From the IMG/VR virus record IMGVR_UViG_3300043778_000098, positions 1-64,000 of that record: a stretch of DNA of 64,000 bases; one strand, written 5' to 3'. The translations under genes and the position numbers were made by a program. Below the pieces are notes generated by a model. It worked only from the letters and a program-made list of their open reading frames with translations, did not search any database and was not told the DNA's origin. The stretch's first letter is position 1, and every line of letters starts with the position of its first letter. Below, in pieces: positions 56,027-64,000 of this stretch. This stretch comes from a virus.

Positions 56027-57565
56027 ATGACGATTCCGTCTTTCACGTCCTACCAGCAGCCGGGCGTCTACGTTCAGGACGTCTCGACGCCGATCGTCAC
56101 GACGCCGCTGGTGCCGTCGCAGACCCTGACGCTGGTCGGCCTGGCGCAGGGGTACCGCACGGCCGTCCAGTCGCTGCTGCTGTACTACGCCACCGCGACC
56201 CCGCTGACCTACATGGGCGTCTTCACCACCGAGCAGAGCGGGCCGCCCGTCATCGCCGCCCCGGTGGTCACCACCCTGGCCGGCACCGTCCTGACGGCGG
56301 GCATCGACTACACGCTCTCCACCGTGGCGGACCCCTCGGGCAACCCCGGCCTGGCGGTGACGAGCATCAGCCGGGTGAGCACCAGCTCCAACGTCTCCGA
56401 CGGCCAGCAGGTGCAGGTCGTCTACAACTACGCCGACGCGGGGTACTTCCTGCCGCAGGTATTCACCGACTCCCAGTCGGTGATCAACGCCTACGGGCAG
56501 CCGTTCCTCTCGACGGCGCCCGCCTCCCCGACGGCCTCCCAGGTCGCCAACCCGCTGTCGGCGGCGGCCCAGGTGGCGTTCACCAACGGGGCGACCACGC
56601 TGGTCTGCGTGGCGCTCAACCCGGCCGACGGGACGCTCACCGAGCAGCTCAACTCGGCCTACGCCAAGATCGCCACCAACCCGGCCTGCACGATCGTCGT
56701 CCCGGCGCTCACCGACTCGCTGACCCCGGAGTCGGGCACGGCGGCGGCCTACGCCCAGGAGCTGGCGCAGGCGCTGAGCGCCGCCATGTGGGCGGCCTAC
56801 AACGACGGCTTCCCCCGCGTCGGGTTCTTCGGCCTGCCCGTCAACTACAGCGAGTCGAGCCTGCCGGTGCCGTCGCTGGCCAGCAGCATCGCGAGCCGCA
56901 GGCTGGTGCTCGCCTACCCCGAGATCGCCCTGCTCTACAACAGCGCCGCCAACCAGACCTTCCAGGCGTCGGGCCAGTACCTGGCGGCGGCGCTCGGCGC
57001 CCGCCTGTCGTCGCTGCCGGTCGACACCGGCCTGACGAGCCAGGTGCTGAGCGGGTTCGCCGGGCTCCCGGCGGCCGAGACGGCGGCGATGACCAACGCG
57101 TTCATGAACTCCCTGGCCAGCGCCGGGGTGGCGGTCTGCTACGTCAACTACCAGGGGGCGCTGGTCTGCCGCCAGGGCCTCACCACCGACATGAGCGCCC
57201 TGAACTACCAGGAGGTCTCGATCGTCCGGCAGTCGGACGCGCTGCTGACGGCGGTGAGCCAGGGCCTCCAGGCCAGCGGCCTGATCGGCTCGCCGATCAC
57301 CGGCAGCACGGTCAGCGCGGTGCAGGAGGCCGTCCTCGGGATCCTGGAGGCGGCGGTCTCCAACGGGGTCATCGTCAGCTACACGAACCTGACGGTGACG
57401 CAGCAGAGCTACCCGGGCGGTTCGCCCACGGTCATCTCGGTCACGTACTCGTACCTGCCCGCGCTGCCGCTGAACTTCATCACGGTGCAGCAGAGCGTCG
57501 ACCTGTCGACCGGCCTGGTCGCCTCCACGACGTCCACCCAGAACGCGAGCGGCACGGGGACCTAG
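56027..57565 (+). CDS. contractile tail sheath protein
   Basis: Y.QPGVYVQ N-terminus, RQGLTTD...EVSIVRQ.D, Y.PALPLNFI.V. Confidence 0.88.
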   Translation: MTIPSFTSYQQPGVYVQDVSTPIVTTPLVPSQTLTLVGLAQGYRTAVQSLLLYYATATPLTYMGVFTTEQSGPPVIAAPVVTTLAGTVLTAGIDYTLSTVADPSGNPGLAVTSISRVSTSSNVSDGQQVQVVYNYADAGYFLPQVFTDSQSVINAYGQPFLSTAPASPTASQVANPLSAAAQVAFTNGATTLVCVALNPADGTLTEQLNSAYAKIATNPACTIVVPALTDSLTPESGTAAAYAQELAQALSAAMWAAYNDGFPRVGFFGLPVNYSESSLPVPSLASSIASRRLVLAYPEIALLYNSAANQTFQASGQYLAAALGARLSSLPVDTGLTSQVLSGFAGLPAAETAAMTNAFMNSLASAGVAVCYVNYQGALVCRQGLTTDMSALNYQEVSIVRQSDALLTAVSQGLQASGLIGSPITGSTVSAVQEAVLGILEAAVSNGVIVSYTNLTVTQQSYPGGSPTVISVTYSYLPALPLNFITVQQSVDLSTGLVASTTSTQNASGTGT

Positions 57566-58314
57566 CTAGGCGACCTGGAGGCTCGGCGCGGAATTGTCTT
57601 CCCCTTGATGGCGCTTCCGTTCCGGGCCTTCACGACGGGAGGGGCGATCTGGTTGAGGTGCTTCCAGGTCCGCCCCGTGATTGCCCACCGGAGGACGGTC
57701 TCGCTGACCACGCCGCCGAGAGTTTGGTGCACCTCCCATGTCATTTTGCCGTCGCGGGCCAGCCTGCGCGCCTCGATGACGAGTTCATCCGTCAGCTTGG
57801 CCTGGGCGTTCTTCGCGCCGTTCTGCTGACGCGTCCGGCTTCTGCCTCTCAGCGACTTGTCCCTCATGTTCTCGGCGTGAGTTCCGTCGTACAGGTGCTT
57901 TGGTCTTGAGCAGGGAGGATTATCGCAGTGGTGGTTCCCCTGGTTCGCGGGGAGACAGCCGTCTGTGAGGAACATCGCCACGACGCTGGATGCGGATACC
58001 GTGCTCTGCTCCGTCCTCGGGTGGTTCCAACGGAACGATCCGTAGTTGTCCGGCTCCGGGCTTCTTGCTCCCCGCCATTCCCAGCATGAGTCTTCGTCGT
58101 CGGTGATCCCCACTTTGGCCCAGAAGCGGAACTCCAGGTCGTCCAGGTCCAGAGGGCACTCTGACCGAAGTCTGTCCCTAGTCTCCTTGGCCCTTACTCG
58201 AAGCTCTCTGAGCTGTTTCCACAGATCGGTGATCTGGTCTTCGATTTCTTCTAGCTCTCCGAGCCCCGGAAGCCATGAGGCAAGCATTCGCAGCTGTTCA
58301 TCGGTGTACGCCAT
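57562..58314 (-). CDS. free-standing HNH endonuclease
   Basis: RFWAKV...CWEWRG...YG.F...HHCDNPPCSRPKHLYDGTHAENM.D; leaderless after TATACT. Confidence 0.9.
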   Translation of the reverse strand: MAYTDEQLRMLASWLPGLGELEEIEDQITDLWKQLRELRVRAKETRDRLRSECPLDLDDLEFRFWAKVGITDDEDSCWEWRGARSPEPDNYGSFRWNHPRTEQSTVSASSVVAMFLTDGCLPANQGNHHCDNPPCSRPKHLYDGTHAENMRDKSLRGRSRTRQQNGAKNAQAKLTDELVIEARRLARDGKMTWEVHQTLGGVVSETVLRWAITGRTWKHLNQIAPPVVKARNGSAIKGKTIPRRASRSPS

Positions 58315-58376
58315 GAGAACAGTATAGCCGTCATAACACTGGCTCGTGTTATGACATCAGGAGGTGAGATTTCTAA

Positions 58377-58922
58377 ATGGCCACGACAAAAGCACGCGTC
58401 GTGGGCTCTTTAGGAGCCTAGTCTGGTTATACAGTTCTATCGTACAACGCATCTCCCATTGCCTACTGCGAGGGGTGGGAAGATAGTGGTCAGAGAGCTT
58501 TTTCGGACGTAGGACAGCCCTACCAGTTCATCCAGCCCATTGGTGCCGAACACCCGGTCGAGATCGCGACCTCCCGCGTGATCTCGGGCGGCACCATCAT
58601 GATCACCATCCGGGAGCTGTGGTCGCAGCCGGTGTGGTGGCAGATGGCGGGCCTGGCCGGGACGTGGAACATGGTGGACATCTTCAACGCCCTGGCCGCC
58701 AACCCGAACTACGTCACGGCGAGCATGATCATCAAGCCGCCCGGGACGGAGAGCAAGCCGTCGATGTGGCGCGGCAAGGTCTACCAGAACGTCACCGTGG
58801 TCGACATCAACGACGGCGAGACAGTGACGGTGGGCGCGCTCGCCGTCACCAAGGGCATCACCGTCGCGTACACGCATTACCTGCCGCTTAATTCAAATCA
58901 GTACGCGACGGCATCAGGATGA
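58377..58922 (+). CDS. tail tube protein, interrupted by an in-frame TAG (candidate translational bypass)
   Basis: AGGAGGTGA RBS; MATTKARVVGS-LGA*-SGYTVLSYNASPIAY.. in frame with ORF 58578..58922; position after the sheath gene. Confidence 0.8.
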
Positions 58923-59005
58923 CCTTTATTAGCTAGGAACCTTGCATTCGTTTATCACAATGACATATATTCCCCTCTGTCGGGAAAAGCCCGCAGAGGA
59001 GGATC

Positions 59006-59365
59006 ATGGCCCAGAAAGTGCAGTTTGAGTTGATCAGCGACCTGGCGCTGGCCCAGGACCCGGAGAGCAGGGCCCCAGCCGCCCGCACCGTCAGCTTCTC
59101 CATCGACGGGGAGTCCTACGAAATCGACCTCAGCGAGGGGGAGGCCCAGGAGCTGGAGGAGAAGCTCGCCCCCTACATGATCGCCGGGCGCAGGAGGGGG
59201 CGGGCCGGGGGCACGCGGGCCAGGACCGCGCTGAAGGCCGCGAGGAAGTCCGTGGACACCGTGGCGGTGCGCGACTGGGCGCGCGAGAACGGCATCGAGG
59301 TCAAGGACCGGGGCCGGGTGCCCGCCGACGTGGTGGCCAGGTACGAGGCCGCGCAGCGCGCCTAG
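59006..59365 (+). CDS. lsr2: Lsr2 nucleoid-associated protein
   Basis: MAQKV...TVSFSIDG..YEIDLS...VRDWARENG..V.DRGRVPADVV..Y. Confidence 0.93.
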   Translation: MAQKVQFELISDLALAQDPESRAPAARTVSFSIDGESYEIDLSEGEAQELEEKLAPYMIAGRRRGRAGGTRARTALKAARKSVDTVAVRDWARENGIEVKDRGRVPADVVARYEAAQRA

Positions 59366-59418
59366 CCCTGCCGCTCCCCCGGGAAGGTAAGGACACCAAG
59401 CCTTCCCGAGGAGCAGCC

Positions 59419-59736
59419 TTGACCACTCCGCCCGCCCCCACCGTTACCGTCAGCGCCGACCAGGCCAGCTACGCGGTCGGCGACGCCATCACCGTGACCG
59501 TGGACTACACGGACCCGGGCAACCCGGGCACCACCCTGACCGTTACCGCGACGGTCACCAACTCGGACGGCACTACCTCGTCCGGCACCGCCGAGGTCCA
59601 GGTGGGCGCCACCCCCGCCGTCGCCCTCCCCGTCGCCGTCACCGACTCCTTCGGCGACGTCTACACGCAGTCCTCGAACACCCCGGGCACCGCCGTCTTC
59701 ACCTCCACGGTCGGCCCGATCCCCGCCGGGGCGTGA
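59419..59736 (+). CDS. Ig-like virion protein
   Basis: Thr/Val-rich, DQASYAVGD.ITVTV. Confidence 0.6.
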   Translation: MTTPPAPTVTVSADQASYAVGDAITVTVDYTDPGNPGTTLTVTATVTNSDGTTSSGTAEVQVGATPAVALPVAVTDSFGDVYTQSSNTPGTAVFTSTVGPIPAGA

Positions 59737-60033
59737 TCCTCCAGATCGACGTCACCGTCACCGGGCCCGGCTGGGTCGCCGCCGGGTCCGTGGCGGTCGA
59801 CGTCACCGACCCGGCGGCCCAGGCGGAGAGGCCCCTGGACGAGAACGCCCGGATGAGGGACCGCTCGCGCCAGCAGCGGTGGGGGGTGAACAGGGCGTGA
59901 ACGTAGTGGTCAAGGCCAAGGTCGAGGCGGACGGCTCCGTCGTCTGCGATATCGACTGCGACGGCCAGAAGGCCGTCGTCGCCTTCGCGGGCGGCGACGT
60001 CACCCTGACCGTTCCCGAATCGGGCGGCGGCCG

Positions 60034-60573
60034 GTGACGATTCCCTCAGACGAGGGCCTTCCCGACGAGGCTTCCCCTGCGGGGACGAGCGGCACCGGCG
60101 ACAACCCGTGGGTGCTGCACGTTGACGACTTCGACGACGCGAACTGGCGCGTCGACCTCACCGGGCTGCTCGCCCTCGGCTGCCTGTCCGGCTGGTTCGA
60201 CTGGTGCGGCCACCGCATCGCGATCAGGACACTCACCACGGACGAGGAGCTGATCGTCGCCCAGCTCATCCGCGAGTACGAGGGCGGCCTCGGCTCGGCC
60301 AAGGCGTACGCCACGGCCGTGGCCGGCATCTGCGTCGAGTCGATCGACCACCAGCCGATGCCCGTGCCCCTCGGCGAGCACCCGAACAAGCCCTACCAGT
60401 GGGCCCTTCAGCGCTTCAACTACGCCCGGCGCTGGTACCCGCCGACGATCGACGCCATCTTCGACGCCTACCTCCAGATGGAGATCAGGCAGAAGGCGGT
60501 GATCACTGGACTGGGAAAAGCGTCCTCCCAGGGGGAGAGTGCGACCCCTGGGTTGAGCGCCAGCTCCGGGTAG
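60034..60573 (+). CDS. tail assembly chaperone (short form)
   Basis: Between tube and tape measure; GGGAAAA slippery site near the 3' end. Confidence 0.75.
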   Translation: MTIPSDEGLPDEASPAGTSGTGDNPWVLHVDDFDDANWRVDLTGLLALGCLSGWFDWCGHRIAIRTLTTDEELIVAQLIREYEGGLGSAKAYATAVAGICVESIDHQPMPVPLGEHPNKPYQWALQRFNYARRWYPPTIDAIFDAYLQMEIRQKAVITGLGKASSQGESATPGLSASSG

Positions 60574-60950
60574 CCGAGCGCGGCGGCCTCTTGGCCGGCT
60601 CGTTCCGGTCGCCGGTCGCGGTCCTCGCGCTGGAGATCCTGCACTTCCTCGACGGCGTGGCCGAGAGCCGGCGGCGCCGCGACATGGCGCTGTCGGCGGC
60701 CGTCTTCTCCGGCGCGATCACGGCGGCGGCCGCGTGGCCGGACTTCTTCGCCGGGGACGGCGGGGACTCGGGCGCCTTCCCGTCCAGGGACGCCGACATG
60801 ACGGAGTTCGAGCTGGAGGAGGCCACGCCGGAGTCCTTCGCGGCCGACCTGGACGCGATCCTGGCCGCGAACAGGCGGGTCACGGTGCGAGAGGCGGAGG
60901 CTCCCGTCTTCCGGCCGCCGGGATATATCCCGCATCCCGAGTGGACCTGA
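60513..60950 (+). CDS. tail assembly chaperone -1 frameshift extension
   Basis: G GGA AAA at 60513-60519; the -1 frame is open to 60950. Confidence 0.7.
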   Translation, partial: GKSVLPGGECDPWVERQLRVAERGGLLAGSFRSPVAVLALEILHFLDGVAESRRRRDMALSAAVFSGAITAAAAWPDFFAGDGGDSGAFPSRDADMTEFELEEATPESFAADLDAILAANRRVTVREAEAPVFRPPGYIPHPEWT

Positions 60951-61053
60951 GGGAAATCTCCCGATCGCCGTGGGGCCGGCGCCCTCCCGGCACCTATAAG
61001 CCGTTCGGCGGCGCATCTAAAATTCCCGCCACGGAAGCCGTGGGAGGAAGCTC

Positions 61054-63165
61054 ATGACGATTCCGTGGCCCGGCGGCCCCGACAGCTCGGTCAACGGGCC
61101 GGACTCCAGCGCGCAGATCGCCCAGGGCCTCCAGGTGGTGGTCCGCCAGCTCTCGACTCTCAACCAGTCGATCGCGGCCCAGACCGCGCAGATCACCCGG
61201 ACGATGAACGCCCAGTCCCGCTACCAGGTGGGCAGCCATGGCAGCGGGGTGAGCAACACCCCGCAGATGAACCCGCAGATCGTCGCCAATGTGCAGGCGG
61301 CAGGCGGCCAGCTGGGGCCCGGCGGGACGGGGCAGACGACCCCGATGGGGGCGCTGTCGTCCCTCCAGGGCATGCAGTCCTACCTGCTCCAGCAGCTCGG
61401 CCAGTGGATCGCCGGGGTCCCCCTCTACCAGCCGACGGTCCCCGGCGGCGCCCCCGGAGGCCCCGTCGCCGGCGGCGGCCCGGGAGGCGGTCCCGCCGGG
61501 GGAGGAGGCGGAGGTGGCGGCGGCGGCGCGGGGGGAGGAGCAGGGGGCGGTGGCGGCGCGGGGGGAGGAGCAGGGGGCGGTGGCGGCGGCGGCGGAGGAG
61601 GCGGCGGGGGTCCTCTCCTGCCCACAGGAGGGCTCGGCGGCGCGGTGCTCGGGGGCGCCATGGGCGGCAGGATCCCCACGGGCGCGGCGGCCCGCAGCAT
61701 CCAGGTCCTCCAGAACGTCGGCGCCCAGGTCGCCTCGGGCGGCGGCGGCAGCCTGACCGGGATAGTCGGCAGCGCGCTGCGCGCCATCCCCGGCGTCGGG
61801 CTCCTCATGGACGCGGCCAACGCCGGGACGAACTTCTACCTGGGCCAGCGGGAGGCCGGGCGCGTCTACCAGAGCGTCGAGGGCGGCAGCAACCTCGACG
61901 CCCAGACCGAGCGGCTGCACGAGGCCGCCTACCAGGCCAGCATGTACGGCCTGATGCCGCAGGGGGCCGCCGCCCAGGCGTTCGGGGCCGTCACCGCCCT
62001 CGGCTACAACCAGGCCGCCGCCGGAGAGGGCCAGCAGCCGCAGAACCGGCAGAGCGCCCTCAACTTCATCTACGGCAACTACACCAAGACGGGGATGGAC
62101 ACCTCGCAGAGCGAGCAGATCCTCCAGACCGCCTCGGGCAACGCCCAGGTCAACCTCACCCAGCTCTCGCAGGCGCTGAACGCCTTGTCGGCGGCGGCCG
62201 GGGAGGCGGGCGCCAACGCCGACGTCGCCCGGCAGCAGTTCAACTCCTACTTCGCCTCGGCCCTCGGCCAGGGCGCCGGGAACGGGTCGACGACCCTGGC
62301 GGCGGGGATCTCCAGCATGCAGGCCAGCATGGGCAAGGAGTTCTCGGGGGTGAACTTCTCCGGCGAGCTGTCCCAGCAGCGCCAGTACCTGCTGAGCGGG
62401 ATGTCCGGCCAGACTCCGGCCCAGCTCCAGTACATGCAGCGGAACGACCCGCAGCAGTACCTGAGGATGCTGTCGGGCCAGAACATGCAGTTCCTCACCT
62501 CCGGGGGGCTGATGACGCCGCAGATGACGGCGTCCCTCAACAGCCTCATCGCGAAGGCCGGGGGCGCCAAGGCCGTCGCCGGCAACCCCGGGGTGCGCGA
62601 CCAGATCGCCACCCAGTTCCTGAACGCCAATCAGGTCAGCGGGAACATCAACGAGAACCTGTGGGCCCAGGAGATCTCCGCCCTCACCGGCGTCAGCATG
62701 AGCCCCAGCCAGGCGTTCCAGTGGATCGTCAGCCAGAGCGCGGGGGACAACGAGGCGTCCCACAACGCGGCGCTGCCCAACACGGGCACGGTCGCGGCCC
62801 CGGCGGCGAAGAAGAAGACCGCCTCTGCGGTCGTTTCGGCCGCAGTCAAGGCGTCGGCGGCGAAGAAGGCCGCCTCCGCGACGGGAAGCGGCCTGACCGG
62901 CGAGCTGGACTCGATTTTCGGCTGGACGCCGCCGCAGCCCGTCAACGCCGGGTCGACTGCGGCGGGGGAGGCGGCTGCCAAGGCCAAGGCCGCCGTGAAG
63001 TCCGCCCCGGCCGCAGCCCAGGCCGCCGTCTCGGCGGCGAAGGTGACCGTCGACCTGACCCCGCAGGCCGCCCAGCTGCTGAAGATGCTGCCGTCGAACA
63101 GCGACGAGGCCGCCGCCACGTCCTCGGTGCCCGCCAACCCGTACGTGAACCAGGCGAGCCGCTAG
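61054..63165 (+). CDS. tape measure protein
   Basis: Ala/Gly/Gln-rich helical protein after the chaperones; GGGAGG RBS. Confidence 0.75.
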   Translation: MTIPWPGGPDSSVNGPDSSAQIAQGLQVVVRQLSTLNQSIAAQTAQITRTMNAQSRYQVGSHGSGVSNTPQMNPQIVANVQAAGGQLGPGGTGQTTPMGALSSLQGMQSYLLQQLGQWIAGVPLYQPTVPGGAPGGPVAGGGPGGGPAGGGGGGGGGGAGGGAGGGGGAGGGAGGGGGGGGGGGGGPLLPTGGLGGAVLGGAMGGRIPTGAAARSIQVLQNVGAQVASGGGGSLTGIVGSALRAIPGVGLLMDAANAGTNFYLGQREAGRVYQSVEGGSNLDAQTERLHEAAYQASMYGLMPQGAAAQAFGAVTALGYNQAAAGEGQQPQNRQSALNFIYGNYTKTGMDTSQSEQILQTASGNAQVNLTQLSQALNALSAAAGEAGANADVARQQFNSYFASALGQGAGNGSTTLAAGISSMQASMGKEFSGVNFSGELSQQRQYLLSGMSGQTPAQLQYMQRNDPQQYLRMLSGQNMQFLTSGGLMTPQMTASLNSLIAKAGGAKAVAGNPGVRDQIATQFLNANQVSGNINENLWAQEISALTGVSMSPSQAFQWIVSQSAGDNEASHNAALPNTGTVAAPAAKKKTASAVVSAAVKASAAKKAASATGSGLTGELDSIFGWTPPQPVNAGSTAAGEAAAKAKAAVKSAPAAAQAAVSAAKVTVDLTPQAAQLLKMLPSNSDEAAATSSVPANPYVNQASR

Positions 63166-63377
63166 CTCGCGCGCCTGAGGAAGTACCGGGAGCCGCTGCG
63201 CCCGCCTGGGAGGCTGAACGTCTCTGTGTAGCCGGCGTACTCGATCTCCACTGCATCTCGGCCGAGAATCCTCGCCACGCGTCCGGGCCACTCGGGACCG
63301 GGCATTCCGGGAGCCCCGTTCTCGTCCATGACCCTCACTTCGGCGCCGATGCTCGAAGGCTCGTCAGGGCTGCTCAT
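63162..63377 (-). CDS. hypothetical protein
   Basis: Overlaps the upstream minus-strand gene end. Confidence 0.45.
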   Translation of the reverse strand: MSSPDEPSSIGAEVRVMDENGAPGMPGPEWPGRVARILGRDAVEIEYAGYTETFSLPGGRSGSRYFLRRAS

Positions 63378-63786
63378 CGGCGCCCCTCTCGGCGCCGATC
63401 ACGCTTTCGCTCAGCCGGGCGTCCTCGCGCCGGTTATGGTCGCGCAGGGCGACGTGGCCCGCCTCCATGGCGGCGCCCTCGGCGAAATGGACGAGGAGCC
63501 GCTCCTGCGGGGTCAGCGTGCTCATCCACGCCCGGTACTCCCGGATCCGGCGGGCGAGGAACACCCCGAGGGCCGTGCCCGCCGGGATGATCATGAGGGC
63601 GAGCGAGGCCCAGAGCAGGTTGAACCCCACGGCTCCCGCCGACGGGTCGCCGTAGGGGGAGTAGCGGAGCAGCTTGTCGATCGCGCTGGGGAGGATGCAC
63701 GCCCCGGCCATCGCCGAAACGGACCCGGCGATGACGCCCCAGCTGAACGACTCCCTGGGCCCGGATGCGCGGCGTCTTGTCATCAT
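63364..63786 (-). CDS. two-TM membrane protein
   Basis: Leaderless after TATTAT; two hydrophobic helices. Confidence 0.65.
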   Translation of the reverse strand: MMTRRRASGPRESFSWGVIAGSVSAMAGACILPSAIDKLLRYSPYGDPSAGAVGFNLLWASLALMIIPAGTALGVFLARRIREYRAWMSTLTPQERLLVHFAEGAAMEAGHVALRDHNRREDARLSESVIGAERGADEQP

Positions 63787-63866
63787 GATCCGATAATACA
63801 GCTTTTCTTGTTAAAATCTACGCCGACCCGCCCCGGGAAGAAAAGAGAGCCGATCAGGGAGGGTCA

Positions 63867-64000
63867 TTGGGAACCGCCACCCTCGGGTACCCGGGAGGGC
63901 CCTCGATCGCCTTCCGGATCGATCCCGACAGCATCGACTGGCAGTGGGACGTCCTGACCAACGTGGTGGAGACGATCGGCGGCCGGGTCATCCAGGTCAT
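63867..64000 (+). CDS. 3'-truncated baseplate/tail protein
   Basis: GGGAGGG RBS, TTG start; FRIDPDSIDW......ETIGGRVIQV. Confidence 0.6.
   Translation, partial: MGTATLGYPGGPSIAFRIDPDSIDWQWDVLTNVVETIGGRVIQV

Noticed and set aside
58419-58421. Genome-wide TAG reassignment
   Set aside because: TAG ends many genes here (rplL, portal, sheath, lsr2) and no CTA-anticodon tRNA was found
61480-61615. GGC/GGA repeat tract
   Set aside because: In-frame poly-Gly linker of the tape measure protein
1-64000. CRISPR array, integrase, transposase, terminase or endolysin
   Set aside because: No repeat-spacer array or matching protein motifs were seen in this window

Overview
GC-rich segment of a large actinobacterial myophage (gene order and protein families resemble the Bxz1/cluster C mycobacteriophage type). 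It holds the head genes (portal, SWIM-finger protein, prohead protease/scaffold, decoration protein, major capsid), a block of small leaderless genes, head-tail genes on the minus strand, a minus-strand array of 38 recognisable tRNAs covering all 20 amino acids, a candidate replication origin, and the tail genes (sheath, tube, chaperones with -1 frameshift, tape measure). The main unusual signal is a translation-directed module. (i) An rplJ-rplL (uL10, bL12) operon keeps its L10-leader RNA. (ii) A free-standing RNA in the tRNA array copies the 23S rRNA GTPase-associated centre (H43-H44, the L11 site) with compensatory base changes. (iii) The array also has circularly permuted and anticodon-less tRNA mimics, and 11 tRNAs with C33. 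(iv) The tail tube gene is broken by an in-frame TCT-TTA-GGA-GCC-TAG-TCT element that looks like TTA-triggered ribosomal bypassing. Also notable: an HNH endonuclease lying antisense inside the still-open protease reading frame, two repeated regulatory motifs, and host-type regulators (BldC, Lsr2, two DUF397 proteins). All calls were made by eye and from recalled family features; no database search was run.
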